Shown here: positions 20,333 to 29,785 of the stretch, piece after piece
How the letters are laid out: every line of letters begins with the position of its first letter
How positions within the stretch are numbered: position 1 is the stretch's first letter
From: Nannocystales bacterium
GTDB lineage: Bacteria; Myxococcota_A; Polyangia; Nannocystales; Nannocystaceae
Assembly (NCBI GenBank): GCA_050633305.1
Contig: JBOEGF010000008.1
Coordinates: 478,474-542,473, forward strand
Direction: 5' to 3'
Length of the DNA stretch: 64,000 nucleotides
Notes under the pieces: generated by a model
Databases searched by the model: none
What the model was told of the DNA's origin: nothing
The model's input: only the letters and a program-made list of their open reading frames with translations
Translations under genes and position numbers: made by a program

Positions 20333-21523
20333 ATGAGCAGCGAGGACACGCTGGTGGTCCGCCCGTCGCACCCGTCGGATCACGACGCCGTGGTCGAACT
20401 GGTCGCGCACGGGTTCGCGGCCAACCCGGACAACCTTCCGGCGACACTCGCCCTGGCAGGGCACGAGAACTGCCGTGTGGTGTGCAATGGGCCCGACATC
20501 GTCGGCTCGGCACTGCTGCTGCCGATGGGTCAGTACTTCGGCAACCGGCGAGTCTCGATGACAGGGGTCGCAGGCGTGGTCGTCGCGCCGCACTACCAGC
20601 GGCAGGGCTGCGCGACCACGCTGATGAGGAGCATCGTCGAGGAACTCAGCGGGCAAGGCGTCGCGCTGTCCACCCTGTACGCGTCCGCCCTTCCGCTGTA
20701 CCGCAAGGCAGGCTACGAGTGTTCCGGCGGACGCTTCGTCGCCCAGATCGACCCCAAGCGTCTGGGCGTCAACGAGCGCGGCGGGGTGCTGCTTCCGATG
20801 GACTCCGCGGGCGAGACGCGGGTCCGAGCGTTGTACGGGGCGCATGCGCCCGCATTTCCGGGTTTCCTCGACCGCTCGGAGTACATCTGGACCCGGCTGT
20901 TCCACCCTTGGGGAGGGCGTACACCGACCTGCGTCCTCGTCAGCCGCGAGGACGGGCAGGTCGAAGGCTACGTGTCGTACGCCAAGGAACGGGGCACGGG
21001 GTTCCAGCATCGCATCGTCGTTCAGGACATGTTCGCGAGCTCAGCTTGGGGCTACCGCCGGCTGTGGTCGTTCCTCACCGACTTGTGCACGCACGTGGTC
21101 TCCGGCCTCGAGTTCCATACCGCCCCGCATGATCCGGCCCGCATGGTCCTTCCCGACGCCCACTTCGGCGTGACGATGACCGACGCGTGGATGTTGCGAC
21201 TCATCGACATCGAAGCGGCGCTGGTCCAGCGCGGCTATCCACCCAAGGTCGACGCCACCCTGGACCTGGATGTCTACGACGACATCGTCGACGGCAACAA
21301 CGGCATGTGGCGACTCACCGTACGCGGGGGTCGCGGCGCGGTCCGCCGGGGAGGCGCAGGCGATCTCCGGACCGATGTCCGGGGGTTGGCGGCGCTGTAC
21401 TCCGGGTTTTCGAACCCCAGCGCGCTCGCGGATGCCGGGCTCATCGAGGGCACCCCCGCAGCGCTCGCCATCGCAGGCACAGTGTTCGCCGGCTCTCAGC
21501 CCTGGATGCGCGAGATGTTCTGA
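20333..21523 (+). CDS. Eis-family GNAT acetyltransferase with SCP2-like C-terminus
   Basis: GVAGVVVAPHYQRQG, STLYAS..LYRKAGYE, MLRLID, DVRGLAALYSG, C-terminal EMF. Confidence 0.9.
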   Translation: MSSEDTLVVRPSHPSDHDAVVELVAHGFAANPDNLPATLALAGHENCRVVCNGPDIVGSALLLPMGQYFGNRRVSMTGVAGVVVAPHYQRQGCATTLMRSIVEELSGQGVALSTLYASALPLYRKAGYECSGGRFVAQIDPKRLGVNERGGVLLPMDSAGETRVRALYGAHAPAFPGFLDRSEYIWTRLFHPWGGRTPTCVLVSREDGQVEGYVSYAKERGTGFQHRIVVQDMFASSAWGYRRLWSFLTDLCTHVVSGLEFHTAPHDPARMVLPDAHFGVTMTDAWMLRLIDIEAALVQRGYPPKVDATLDLDVYDDIVDGNNGMWRLTVRGGRGAVRRGGAGDLRTDVRGLAALYSGFSNPSALADAGLIEGTPAALAIAGTVFAGSQPWMREMF

Positions 21524-21581
21524 GGAGGCACACGCCGAGCTGCTTGCGGTGAGCCCATCGCTCTGCGATCACAGCTGCAGC

Positions 21582-24398
21582 ATGAGCTCGAACACCGTGA
21601 ACGCCCTGGCCGAAGCCGGCCAATCGATCTGGCTCGACTACATCCGGCGCAGCATGACGCGAAGCGGCGAGCTCGCGACACGCGTGGGCACAGAGGGTCT
21701 GCGTGGTGTCACCTCCAACCCGTCGATCTTTCGGGCGTCCATGGGTGGCGGAGACGAGTACGGCGATGCGCTAACCAAGCTCTCTCGCGACGGAGACCTC
21801 GACACCAAGGCCGTGTACGAGACGCTGGCCATCGAGGACATCCGCGAGGCATGCGACGCAATGCGCCCGGTGTACGACGCCACCGAACACATCGACGGGT
21901 ACGTCAGCTTCGAGGTCTCACCGAGGCTCTCGCGCGACACCGAAGGCACCATCGTCGAAGCCAAGCGGTTGTGGGGTGCGGTCGACCGCCCCAACCTGAT
22001 GATCAAGGTTCCCGGAACGGTGGAAGGCATCGTCGCCATCGAGCACCTGATCAGCGAGGGCATCAACGTCAACGTCACCCTGATCTTCGCTCGCGATGCT
22101 TACGAAGACATCGCCCAAGCCTACCTCCGCGGACTCCAGACCCGACTCGCCGCCGGGAAGCCGATCGCCGATGTCGCGTCGGTCGCGAGCTTCTTCGTCA
22201 GCCGAATTGACAGCGAGGTCGACAATCGCCTGGAGGCCGTCGGGAGCGACGAAGCCCTCGCGCTGCGCGGCACCATCGCCATCGCCAACGCCAAGGTCGC
22301 GTACCGCAGCTTCGAATCGCTGTCCCGCAGCGACGAATGGAGAGCGCTCGCCAACGCCGGTGCCCGCCCGCAGCGTCTGTTGTGGGCAAGCACCGGCACC
22401 AAGAACGCCGCGTACAGCGACGTGCTCTACATCGAGGAACTCGTCGGCCCCCAGACGGTCAACACCGTCCCCCCCAAGACGCTCGCCGCGTTCTTGGACC
22501 ACGGCAAGGTCGCCACCACGCTCACAGAGGATGTCGATCAGGCACAGGCCCGACTCGACGCGCTCGAGCGCGTCGGAGTGTCGCTGACCGATGTCACCGA
22601 CCTGCTCTTGGACAAGGGACTCGTCGCGTTCGAGGACGCCATGGACGACCTGCTCGCGACCGTAGCCTCGGCGCAACGAGGCGTTCGAGGACCCCGTCTC
22701 AACCGCACCGACGCAACCCTCTCGCCGGCCCTCGCCTCCGCCGTTTCCCAGGCGGCTGAAGCGTGGACCAAGGCCGAGAGCACGGACCGCCTGTGGAACA
22801 AGGACGCCGCCGTTTGGACCGGGGGAGACGAAGCGAAGTGGCTCGGATGGCTCGACATCATCGAAGCCCAGATTGCAGACCGCGGTCACCTGGACGCCTT
22901 TGCGGCGGATGTTCGGGCCGCGGGGTTCACCGACATCGTCCTGCTGGGCATGGGGGGTTCGAGCCTGTGCCCCGACGTGCTTGCCAAGACCTTCGCCGGC
23001 CGGGGTGACGGACCCAAGCTGAGCATCGTGGACTCCACGGTGAGCGCCCAGGTTGCGCGCATCGCCGAGCAACTCGACTTCTCCCGCACCCTGTTCATCG
23101 TCGCCTCCAAGTCCGGCTCCACCCTCGAGCCCACGGTCTTGATGGAGTTCTTCATGGGCCGCGCGAGCGAAGCACTCGGCGAGACGGCTTCGCAACACTT
23201 CGTCGCCATCACCGACCCCGGCTCCAAACTCGAAGCGTTCGCCCGCGAGAAGGCGTTCCGAACGACGCTCTATGGCCTCCCGGAAATCGGCGGACGGTTC
23301 TCTGCGTTCTCCAACTTCGGCATGGTCCCCGCCGCCGGCATGGGCATCGACACCGAGGCATTCCTGGGCGAAGCCAAGCTCATGCTCGATGCGTGCCGCG
23401 AGGCGGATGTCGCAGCCAACCCCGGCGTGAACCTGGGCCTGATCCTCGGTGCCGCCGCCGGGCAAGGTCGCAACAAACTCACCCTTCTGACCTCGCCAGC
23501 CATCTCGAGCTTTGGCGCGTGGCTCGAGCAACTCGTCGCCGAATCCACCGGCAAGCACGGCCAGGCCGTCATCCCGATCGATGGCGAGACGGCACGCACC
23601 CGCGGCAACGGCGAGGACCGCATCTTCGTCTACCTGCGCACCGCCGCAACCGCAGACCCTGCCCAAGACCGAATGGCGCAGATGTGGCGAGACGCCGGCG
23701 AGTCGGTCATCGTGCTCGAGCTCGACGACATCGATGCGCTTCCTCAGGAGCTGTTCCGGTGGCAGATCGCCACGGCCGTCGCCGGAGCGGTGATGGGCGT
23801 CGACCCCTTCGACCAGCCCGACGTCGAGGCCAGCAAGATCGAGAGCCGCAAGCTCACCGCCGCGTACGAAGAGAACGGAACGCTGCCCGAGCTCCCGGTC
23901 CGCTGGGAAGGTGATGGCGTCCGGATTCACGCGGACGACCGCAACGCTGAAGCGTTGGGCGGTGGGAGCCTCTCCGACTGGCTGCGCGCGCATCTGGGCC
24001 GACTGGAGGCGGGGGACTACTTCGCCCTGCTCGCCTACGTCGACATGAACCCCGTACACGAGGCCGAGCTGTCCGCCATCCGTAACTCGGTGCGACGCGC
24101 GAAGTCGGTCGCGACATGCCTGGGCTTCGGACCCCGGTTCCTGCACTCCACCGGGCAGGCGTACAAGGGCGGCCCCAACAGCGGGGTCTTCATCCAGATC
24201 ACCGCGGATTCGGCCAAGGCACTGCCCATTCCGGGCCGGACGGTCGACTTCGGAATCGTCGCGGCGGCGCAGGCAGCCGGCGACTTCCAGGTGCTGATCG
24301 ACCGGGAACGCCGGGCCATTCGGGTCCACCTGGGCGCCAACGTGCTCGCGGGCCTGCAACAGCTCCGGCAGGCCGTCGAAGCCGCCCTCGCGGGCTAG
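21582..24398 (+). CDS. tal-pgi: Bifunctional transaldolase/glucose-6-phosphate isomerase
   Basis: GQSIWLD, GVTSNPSIF, NLMIKVPGT, NVTLIF, SFFVSRID, LWASTGTK; then GMGGSSL, SKSGST, GGRFS, EQLVAESTGK, PFDQPDVE, HSTGQ. Confidence 0.97.
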   Translation: MSSNTVNALAEAGQSIWLDYIRRSMTRSGELATRVGTEGLRGVTSNPSIFRASMGGGDEYGDALTKLSRDGDLDTKAVYETLAIEDIREACDAMRPVYDATEHIDGYVSFEVSPRLSRDTEGTIVEAKRLWGAVDRPNLMIKVPGTVEGIVAIEHLISEGINVNVTLIFARDAYEDIAQAYLRGLQTRLAAGKPIADVASVASFFVSRIDSEVDNRLEAVGSDEALALRGTIAIANAKVAYRSFESLSRSDEWRALANAGARPQRLLWASTGTKNAAYSDVLYIEELVGPQTVNTVPPKTLAAFLDHGKVATTLTEDVDQAQARLDALERVGVSLTDVTDLLLDKGLVAFEDAMDDLLATVASAQRGVRGPRLNRTDATLSPALASAVSQAAEAWTKAESTDRLWNKDAAVWTGGDEAKWLGWLDIIEAQIADRGHLDAFAADVRAAGFTDIVLLGMGGSSLCPDVLAKTFAGRGDGPKLSIVDSTVSAQVARIAEQLDFSRTLFIVASKSGSTLEPTVLMEFFMGRASEALGETASQHFVAITDPGSKLEAFAREKAFRTTLYGLPEIGGRFSAFSNFGMVPAAGMGIDTEAFLGEAKLMLDACREADVAANPGVNLGLILGAAAGQGRNKLTLLTSPAISSFGAWLEQLVAESTGKHGQAVIPIDGETARTRGNGEDRIFVYLRTAATADPAQDRMAQMWRDAGESVIVLELDDIDALPQELFRWQIATAVAGAVMGVDPFDQPDVEASKIESRKLTAAYEENGTLPELPVRWEGDGVRIHADDRNAEALGGGSLSDWLRAHLGRLEAGDYFALLAYVDMNPVHEAELSAIRNSVRRAKSVATCLGFGPRFLHSTGQAYKGGPNSGVFIQITADSAKALPIPGRTVDFGIVAAAQAAGDFQVLIDRERRAIRVHLGANVLAGLQQLRQAVEAALAG

Positions 24399-24759
24399 AG
24401 CGTCGATCGGTTTGGAACGGCCCACAGGGCGGGAGGCCGAAGGCGGACTGGAGGTCCGTCGAGCGCCGAGCAACGCAGCCAAGGTGAGGCAGAGGCGCGC
24501 GTTGTAGGCCGAATTCAAACCGGTGGGCGGTCTAGCGGCCGAAAGACGCCCCAAGGGGCGTGACGATATCGACCTGAGATCACAGTTTCGGGTCGCAGAG
24601 GTGTCCTCAAACCCCCCGCGTGCGTTTTGCTCCGGCGGGTTTTACACACCCTCAGGCCATCGGTGCTACACATGCCACAGCGTCGAAGGGCCCCTTGGGG
24701 ACGGCCCCGGCTGCTTCCGCCCCCGGAAGCGCCGCGAACGGCCCGGCGCAGGAGATTCG

Positions 24760-25746
24760 ATGAAGGTACTCGCAGGAGACGTTGGTGGCACGAATACTCG
24801 ATTGGCCCTGTGTGAGGTCAACGAGGGCAAGGTGCTGCGGCTCGTCCACAACATCGAGCCAAGCGCCTCGCACGGCTCACTCAGAGAGATCATTCAAGCT
24901 TTTGCCTCCGCGCACGGCGCCGACGACGTCCGGGCCGTGTGCATCGGGCTGCCCGGGCCCGTACGCGGCCGGCGGGTTCAGCTCACCAACCTGCCATGGG
25001 TCGTCGATGCCGACGAGCTCGAGCGGGACCTCGGGCTGCCGTCCATCACGCTCCTCAACGACCTCGAAGCCAATGCGCATGGTCTGAGCACCCTGGCGGA
25101 CGCGGACTTCATGGTCCTCCGCGAAGGAGCTCCCGAACGAGGCGGCAACGCCGGACTCGTGTCCGCGGGAACGGGGCTCGGCGAGGCCGGCCTCCACTTC
25201 GTCCGCGGTCAGCTCTATCCCTTCCCGACCGAGGGGGGGCACGCCGACTTCGCCCCGAGCAACGAGCTGGAGTGGAACCTGCTTCAGTATTTGCAGCGTA
25301 GTCACGAGCACGTCAGCTGGGAGCGGGTCGTCTCCGGGCCGGGGTTGGCCACGGTCTACGAGTTCTTGCTCGATCGCGCCGGGGCCAGCGCCCCGCAGTG
25401 GTGGCAAGAAGCCCAGTCGACCAAGGAGCCCGCCGGGGCGATCGCCCTCAATGCCGAAGACGGCGACGAGCATTGCAATGCCGCCGTGGACCTGTTCCTC
25501 GGTCTATACGGCGCCGAGGCCGGTAACTTCGCCCTCAAGGTCTTCGCGACGGGGGGCATCTATCTCGGCGGCGGCATCGCCCCCAAGCTGGCCAAGCGCA
25601 TGAAAAGCTCCGCGTTTCTCGAGCGATTCGACGCCAAGGGACGCATGCGCCGCCTGGTCGAGCAGATCCCGATCAAGGTCGTGCTCAACGACTCCGCGGC
25701 CCTGCAAGGCGCTGCGCTCTTCGGTGCCCGGCACGCCGAACCCTGA
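24760..25746 (+). CDS. glk: Glucokinase
   Basis: LAGDVGGTNTR, LTNLPW, LLNDLEA, GTGLGE, EGGH, ERVVSGPG, GGIAPK; GGAG RBS. Confidence 0.96.
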   Translation: MKVLAGDVGGTNTRLALCEVNEGKVLRLVHNIEPSASHGSLREIIQAFASAHGADDVRAVCIGLPGPVRGRRVQLTNLPWVVDADELERDLGLPSITLLNDLEANAHGLSTLADADFMVLREGAPERGGNAGLVSAGTGLGEAGLHFVRGQLYPFPTEGGHADFAPSNELEWNLLQYLQRSHEHVSWERVVSGPGLATVYEFLLDRAGASAPQWWQEAQSTKEPAGAIALNAEDGDEHCNAAVDLFLGLYGAEAGNFALKVFATGGIYLGGGIAPKLAKRMKSSAFLERFDAKGRMRRLVEQIPIKVVLNDSAALQGAALFGARHAEP

Positions 25747-25875
25747 GCGGTGGGCTGAGCGCCGTCCTCGTGCGGGCTCCTCCCTCCTTCCTCCTCCCGT
25801 GGATCCGCGTGTGGGCTGAGCCACGCTTGGCGCGTAGGTCCAACCCAAACCGCAGGCCACGGGATAGAACAGGGC

Positions 25876-27267
25876 ATGTTCATCGCATGGCTCCCGCTCG
25901 CCCTGATGGCTGCGTCCGCGCCGGCGCATGAATCGGCCGTGCAGCGACACCACCGCAAGGGGGTGCATTGCATGGACGTCATCGAACGCTCCAAGTGCGC
26001 CATCGAGCAGTTCGAGGCGGTCTTGGATGAAGACACCCGAGAACGCGAGCTGGTCACCGATGCGATGGTCCGGTTGCTCCGGCTCTACCGCAAAGCCGGC
26101 GACTCCGAGGGATTGAGCAACGTCCTGCGTCGCTATTGGGACGTCGGCACCGCGCGGCAGTCTCGTGGGCACTTGCCCTACGGCATGCGGTTCTTCTCGC
26201 CGGAACTCGACGTGATGTTCGTGGCCGACATCTCGAAGATTCGAGACGCTCGCCTCTTGCGAGAAGCCGGTGCCCAAACCGCCGAATTCATCTTCACGTG
26301 TGACGACCAGACCCGCACCGACATCGGCATGACCGAGCGATGGCGACGGGCCGAGCGCATCGCGTTGGCGCGCGGCGTCGAAACGTACGAGGTCTACTAC
26401 GAGGCGATGGACGCACGCCGAGCCCGCCGCGAAAAAGCGAAGGCCCGGCAGAAAGAGTGGGACGAGTCGAAGCGTGGCAAGGCGGAGGCCGCGAAACAGC
26501 CCGACAAAGACGAGGAAGAGGAGTCGAAGGCACCTATCTTCAGCGAGATGCAGTGCGAGCTCGCGAAACGGCTCGGGCAAGACACGCTCCTCGGCTGGAA
26601 CCGGATCTCGGGAGCCGCAAGCCACCAAAACTACCGGCGCTCGATGATGCTGGTGGAGATCCCCGGCTCTGCGCCGCTGCTCAACAAAGCCGTGGCCCGT
26701 GGCGACCTCCTCGCCGTCGACGAGCGTCACTGGACACTCCCCGACTCGGAGTTTGCCGGGCAAAGCGTCCATGTGGTCCGAGTCGATCGCGACCAGCTCC
26801 TGATCGCGCGCGAGGACATGCTGGCCCCGGTCCTCGAAGCCGCGAGCAAACGGAAACGTCGCATGAACAAGGAGCTGGAGCGACTGGCCCAACAGGTCCC
26901 CCGAGACAGCGCCATGGTCTTTGCGATGACGCAGGCCGCCATTGTGGGAACCGGGTTCGGCGGCATGAAACAGGGCGCCTCCACCATGCTGCAAGCCCTG
27001 CTGCCCAAGCCCAAGGGCCTGCAGGTCTCGGTCAGCACCGCCGACGTCGCAGGCGTCTTCACCCGCGTCCCCACCAAGAATCCCCTCAAGGGACGGATGC
27101 TGGTCAACCTCGTGCAGACGGTCCTCGAGGGTCAGGCGCAGGAGGATCCGGAGGCGGCACAATGGGTGGAGAATCTGGATATTGCGGAGGCTGGCGACCG
27201 CAGGGCCCTGCTTGCGGCCTACCTCATCGACAGCGAGCAGATGGCCAAGATGCTCTGGGACGGCTGA
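25876..27267 (+). CDS. Secreted hypothetical protein (helical N-domain, charged coiled coil)
   Basis: Signal peptide MFIAWLPLALMAASAPA; strong codon bias; no family recognised. Confidence 0.75.
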   Translation: MFIAWLPLALMAASAPAHESAVQRHHRKGVHCMDVIERSKCAIEQFEAVLDEDTRERELVTDAMVRLLRLYRKAGDSEGLSNVLRRYWDVGTARQSRGHLPYGMRFFSPELDVMFVADISKIRDARLLREAGAQTAEFIFTCDDQTRTDIGMTERWRRAERIALARGVETYEVYYEAMDARRARREKAKARQKEWDESKRGKAEAAKQPDKDEEEESKAPIFSEMQCELAKRLGQDTLLGWNRISGAASHQNYRRSMMLVEIPGSAPLLNKAVARGDLLAVDERHWTLPDSEFAGQSVHVVRVDRDQLLIAREDMLAPVLEAASKRKRRMNKELERLAQQVPRDSAMVFAMTQAAIVGTGFGGMKQGASTMLQALLPKPKGLQVSVSTADVAGVFTRVPTKNPLKGRMLVNLVQTVLEGQAQEDPEAAQWVENLDIAEAGDRRALLAAYLIDSEQMAKMLWDG

Positions 27268-27482
27268 AATGGAAGATCACCGAACGGCCCGAGCCACGCA
27301 ACGTCGGTGCTCGTAGCAGGGTGGCGCCCTGCGAAAATATTTCGCCCCCGAATTGCCGCTGAAACGCGGAGGAACGCGGTGTACGAGAGGTTTTGACAGC
27401 CCCCGCCCCGGACTGCAGACGGTCACAGAGAGGTCATGCCGGCTTCGCCAACAGGCTGCTATGCTCTGCGCCGCTCGCTGCC

Positions 27483-29318
27483 ATGTCGTTGGATATTCGA
27501 ACCCTCGCCGACCTCCTCCACGCCCGCGCTGAAGCGAGCCCCAACGACATTGCGATCCGCACCAAGGAAGGGTCCAGCTGGGTCACGCGATCCTGGGGCG
27601 AGCTCCGAGACCGCGCAGACATCATCGCCGCCGGCATCCTCACGGCGACCGAGCTCGGGGACAACGACGTCATTGGCCTTCTGGGTCAGACCAGCGAAGA
27701 CTGGCTCGCCTGCGATTTCGCGGGGCTGAGCGTCGGTCTGCAGACGGTCCCGGTCTATGCCTCGCTGCATTCCGAAGAGGTCGGCTACGCCCACGTCGAC
27801 ACGGGTATCAAGCTCGTCATCATCGACGACAAGGCGCAGCTCGAGAAGATTCGTGAGATGCGGAAGGGCTTCACGTTCTTCGAGAAGGAGTACGCCCCCG
27901 ACACGCTTTCGCTGAAGCACGTGGTCGTGATCGACCCCACCGGCATCGACGCCGCAGACGACTGGGAGTCACTCGCCGACCTCGAGGCACGCGGGAAGAA
28001 GGAACTCGACGCGCAGCGCGACGAGATGCTCCGGCGCCGCAAAGAAGCCAAGCCCGACCAAACCGCCACGTACACATACACCTCGGGCACCACCGGCCCT
28101 CCCAAGGCGGTCATCCAGACCCACGAGAACCACCTCGCCATGGCCCGAGCCGTCTCCGACGCAGGGGTGCTGACCGATGGCATCCGCGAGGGCGGCTTGT
28201 TCCTGTTCCTGCCACTGGCGCACTCGTTCGGACGTCTGATCCAGTTCGCGGCGCCCTTCCGCAACCTTCACCTCATCATCAGCTCGGTCCCCACGCTCGG
28301 CGAAGACCTGGGCGCGACACGACCAGGGTTCTTCCCCGGGGCACCGCGGGTGTTCGAGAAGATGAAGGCAAAGATCGAGACTGCGGTCGCTGGCGCACCT
28401 CCGGTCCGACAGAAGCTCTTCGCGTGGGCCTTGGACACCGGCAAAGAGACCGTGCCGTATCGCTGCAAGGGGGAACCGGTCCCGTTCTTCCTCGGTTTGC
28501 GCAACAGCGTGGCCGACAAGCTCGTGTTGTCCAAGCTCCGGGCCAAGCTCGGCTTCGACCGCGCCTTCGCCCTGCTCTCGGGGTCTGCCCCCCTCGACCC
28601 CGACGTCCACACCTTCTTCCTCGCCATGGGGCTCAACCTGCTCGAGGCCTACGGACTGACCGAGACCTGCCCGGGACTCACCGCCAACCAGCCTGGCAAG
28701 ATCAAGATCGGCACTGTCGGGCCCGCGCTTCCCGGCGTGGAGATCAAGATCGCCGAAGACGGGGAGATTCTGGCCAAGGGCGCCAACATCACCCAGGGTT
28801 ACCTCAACCGCCCCGAAGCCACCGAAGCCTCGTTCCGCGACGGATGGTTCTGCACCGGTGACCTCGGCGCCCAAGACTCCGAAGGCTTCGTGAAGATCAC
28901 GGGGCGCAAGAAAGAGCTGATCAAGACCTCGGGCGGCAAGTACGTCGCGCCCGCGAAGATCGAGGGGCAGCTCAAAGGACTCCCGATCGTGCAGGAAGCC
29001 GTGGTCGTCGGGGACCGTCGCAACTACTGCGTGTGCCTGATCTCGGTGGACCCCGAGGAGCTCGGCGAGTGGGCTCAACAAAAAGGCATCGAGGCCAAGA
29101 ACGATCACCCCGACGTGAAGAAGGCCATCGAGGCGCATGTCGCCAAGGTCAACGGCGGGCTTGCGAGCTTCGAGAGCATCAAGTACTGGCGCATCACGCC
29201 CGAGCCGCTCACCGTCGACAACGGGCTGCTCACCGCGTCCCTCAAGGTGAAGCGCGGCGTCGTCGAGGACCGCTACTCGACGATCATCGACGACATGTAC
29301 TCGGCGGGAAAGAAGTAG
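27483..29318 (+). CDS. fadD: Long-chain fatty-acid--CoA ligase (FAA1/FadD15-like)
   Basis: YTSGTTGPPK, FLPLAHSF, EAYGLTET, WFCTGDLG, GRKKELIKTSGGKYVAP. Confidence 0.95.
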   Translation: MSLDIRTLADLLHARAEASPNDIAIRTKEGSSWVTRSWGELRDRADIIAAGILTATELGDNDVIGLLGQTSEDWLACDFAGLSVGLQTVPVYASLHSEEVGYAHVDTGIKLVIIDDKAQLEKIREMRKGFTFFEKEYAPDTLSLKHVVVIDPTGIDAADDWESLADLEARGKKELDAQRDEMLRRRKEAKPDQTATYTYTSGTTGPPKAVIQTHENHLAMARAVSDAGVLTDGIREGGLFLFLPLAHSFGRLIQFAAPFRNLHLIISSVPTLGEDLGATRPGFFPGAPRVFEKMKAKIETAVAGAPPVRQKLFAWALDTGKETVPYRCKGEPVPFFLGLRNSVADKLVLSKLRAKLGFDRAFALLSGSAPLDPDVHTFFLAMGLNLLEAYGLTETCPGLTANQPGKIKIGTVGPALPGVEIKIAEDGEILAKGANITQGYLNRPEATEASFRDGWFCTGDLGAQDSEGFVKITGRKKELIKTSGGKYVAPAKIEGQLKGLPIVQEAVVVGDRRNYCVCLISVDPEELGEWAQQKGIEAKNDHPDVKKAIEAHVAKVNGGLASFESIKYWRITPEPLTVDNGLLTASLKVKRGVVEDRYSTIIDDMYSAGKK

Positions 29319-29320
29319 CC

Positions 29321-29728
29321 CTACAGCTCCACCGAGCCGGCGTCCTCCGTGAGCTGTTCGAGCAGAGACTCGGGCAGCTCGCGGTCGTCCATCCAGGCAA
29401 GACCGACAACCGCGACCGCCCCCTCGCGCTCCACGGGCAGGGCCACCGCGGCCTGAGCCTGGACCGCTTTGGCCCCGGGGCGAACGTCTCCGGTGCTGTC
29501 CGTCTGCAGGTTGCACGTCGAGACCGCCTGACCGCGCTCGAGCGCGAGACCAGCCATGCCTTTGCCACGGGGGACACGGGCCGTGATCTCCTGAACCTTG
29601 GGCGGGATACCCACCGCCGCGCGTAGCGCCAGGGTGTCGCGATCGCCTGGCAACGTGACATGCACCGTGCCCGCAACCGCCTCGTGACGCAGGAGAAAGG
29701 CCTTCAACCAAGCTTCCGTTGCGCTCAT
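29321..29728 (-). CDS. Stand-alone GAF domain protein
   Basis: LRAAVGIP..VPRGKGMAGLA..AVALPV..VVGL GAF pattern. Confidence 0.85.
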   Translation of the reverse strand: MSATEAWLKAFLLRHEAVAGTVHVTLPGDRDTLALRAAVGIPPKVQEITARVPRGKGMAGLALERGQAVSTCNLQTDSTGDVRPGAKAVQAQAAVALPVEREGAVAVVGLAWMDDRELPESLLEQLTEDAGSVEL

Positions 29729-29785
29729 CACCGCGACGATAGCAGCCAAGAGGCCGCGCAACCGCCGTTGCGCTATCCTCCGCCG

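Noticed and set aside
21270..21581. 104-aa N-terminal extension of tal-pgi in the ORF track
   Set aside because: It overlaps the Eis gene; transaldolase homology starts near ATG 21582
21918..24554. Very long antisense ORFs (also 4040-6061, 9605-11728, 27969-29798, 36825-38201, 38244-39677)
   Set aside because: These are shadow frames of real genes caused by high GC3 codon bias; they show no recognisable motifs
24399..24759. ncRNA or riboswitch in the tal-pgi/glk gap
   Set aside because: No recognisable conserved RNA motif or tRNA cloverleaf by eye; an Rfam search would be needed
27332..27344. Palindrome CGAAA-ATA-TTTCG upstream of fadD as a regulator site
   Set aside because: Single short instance with no cognate regulator nearby; it could be chance
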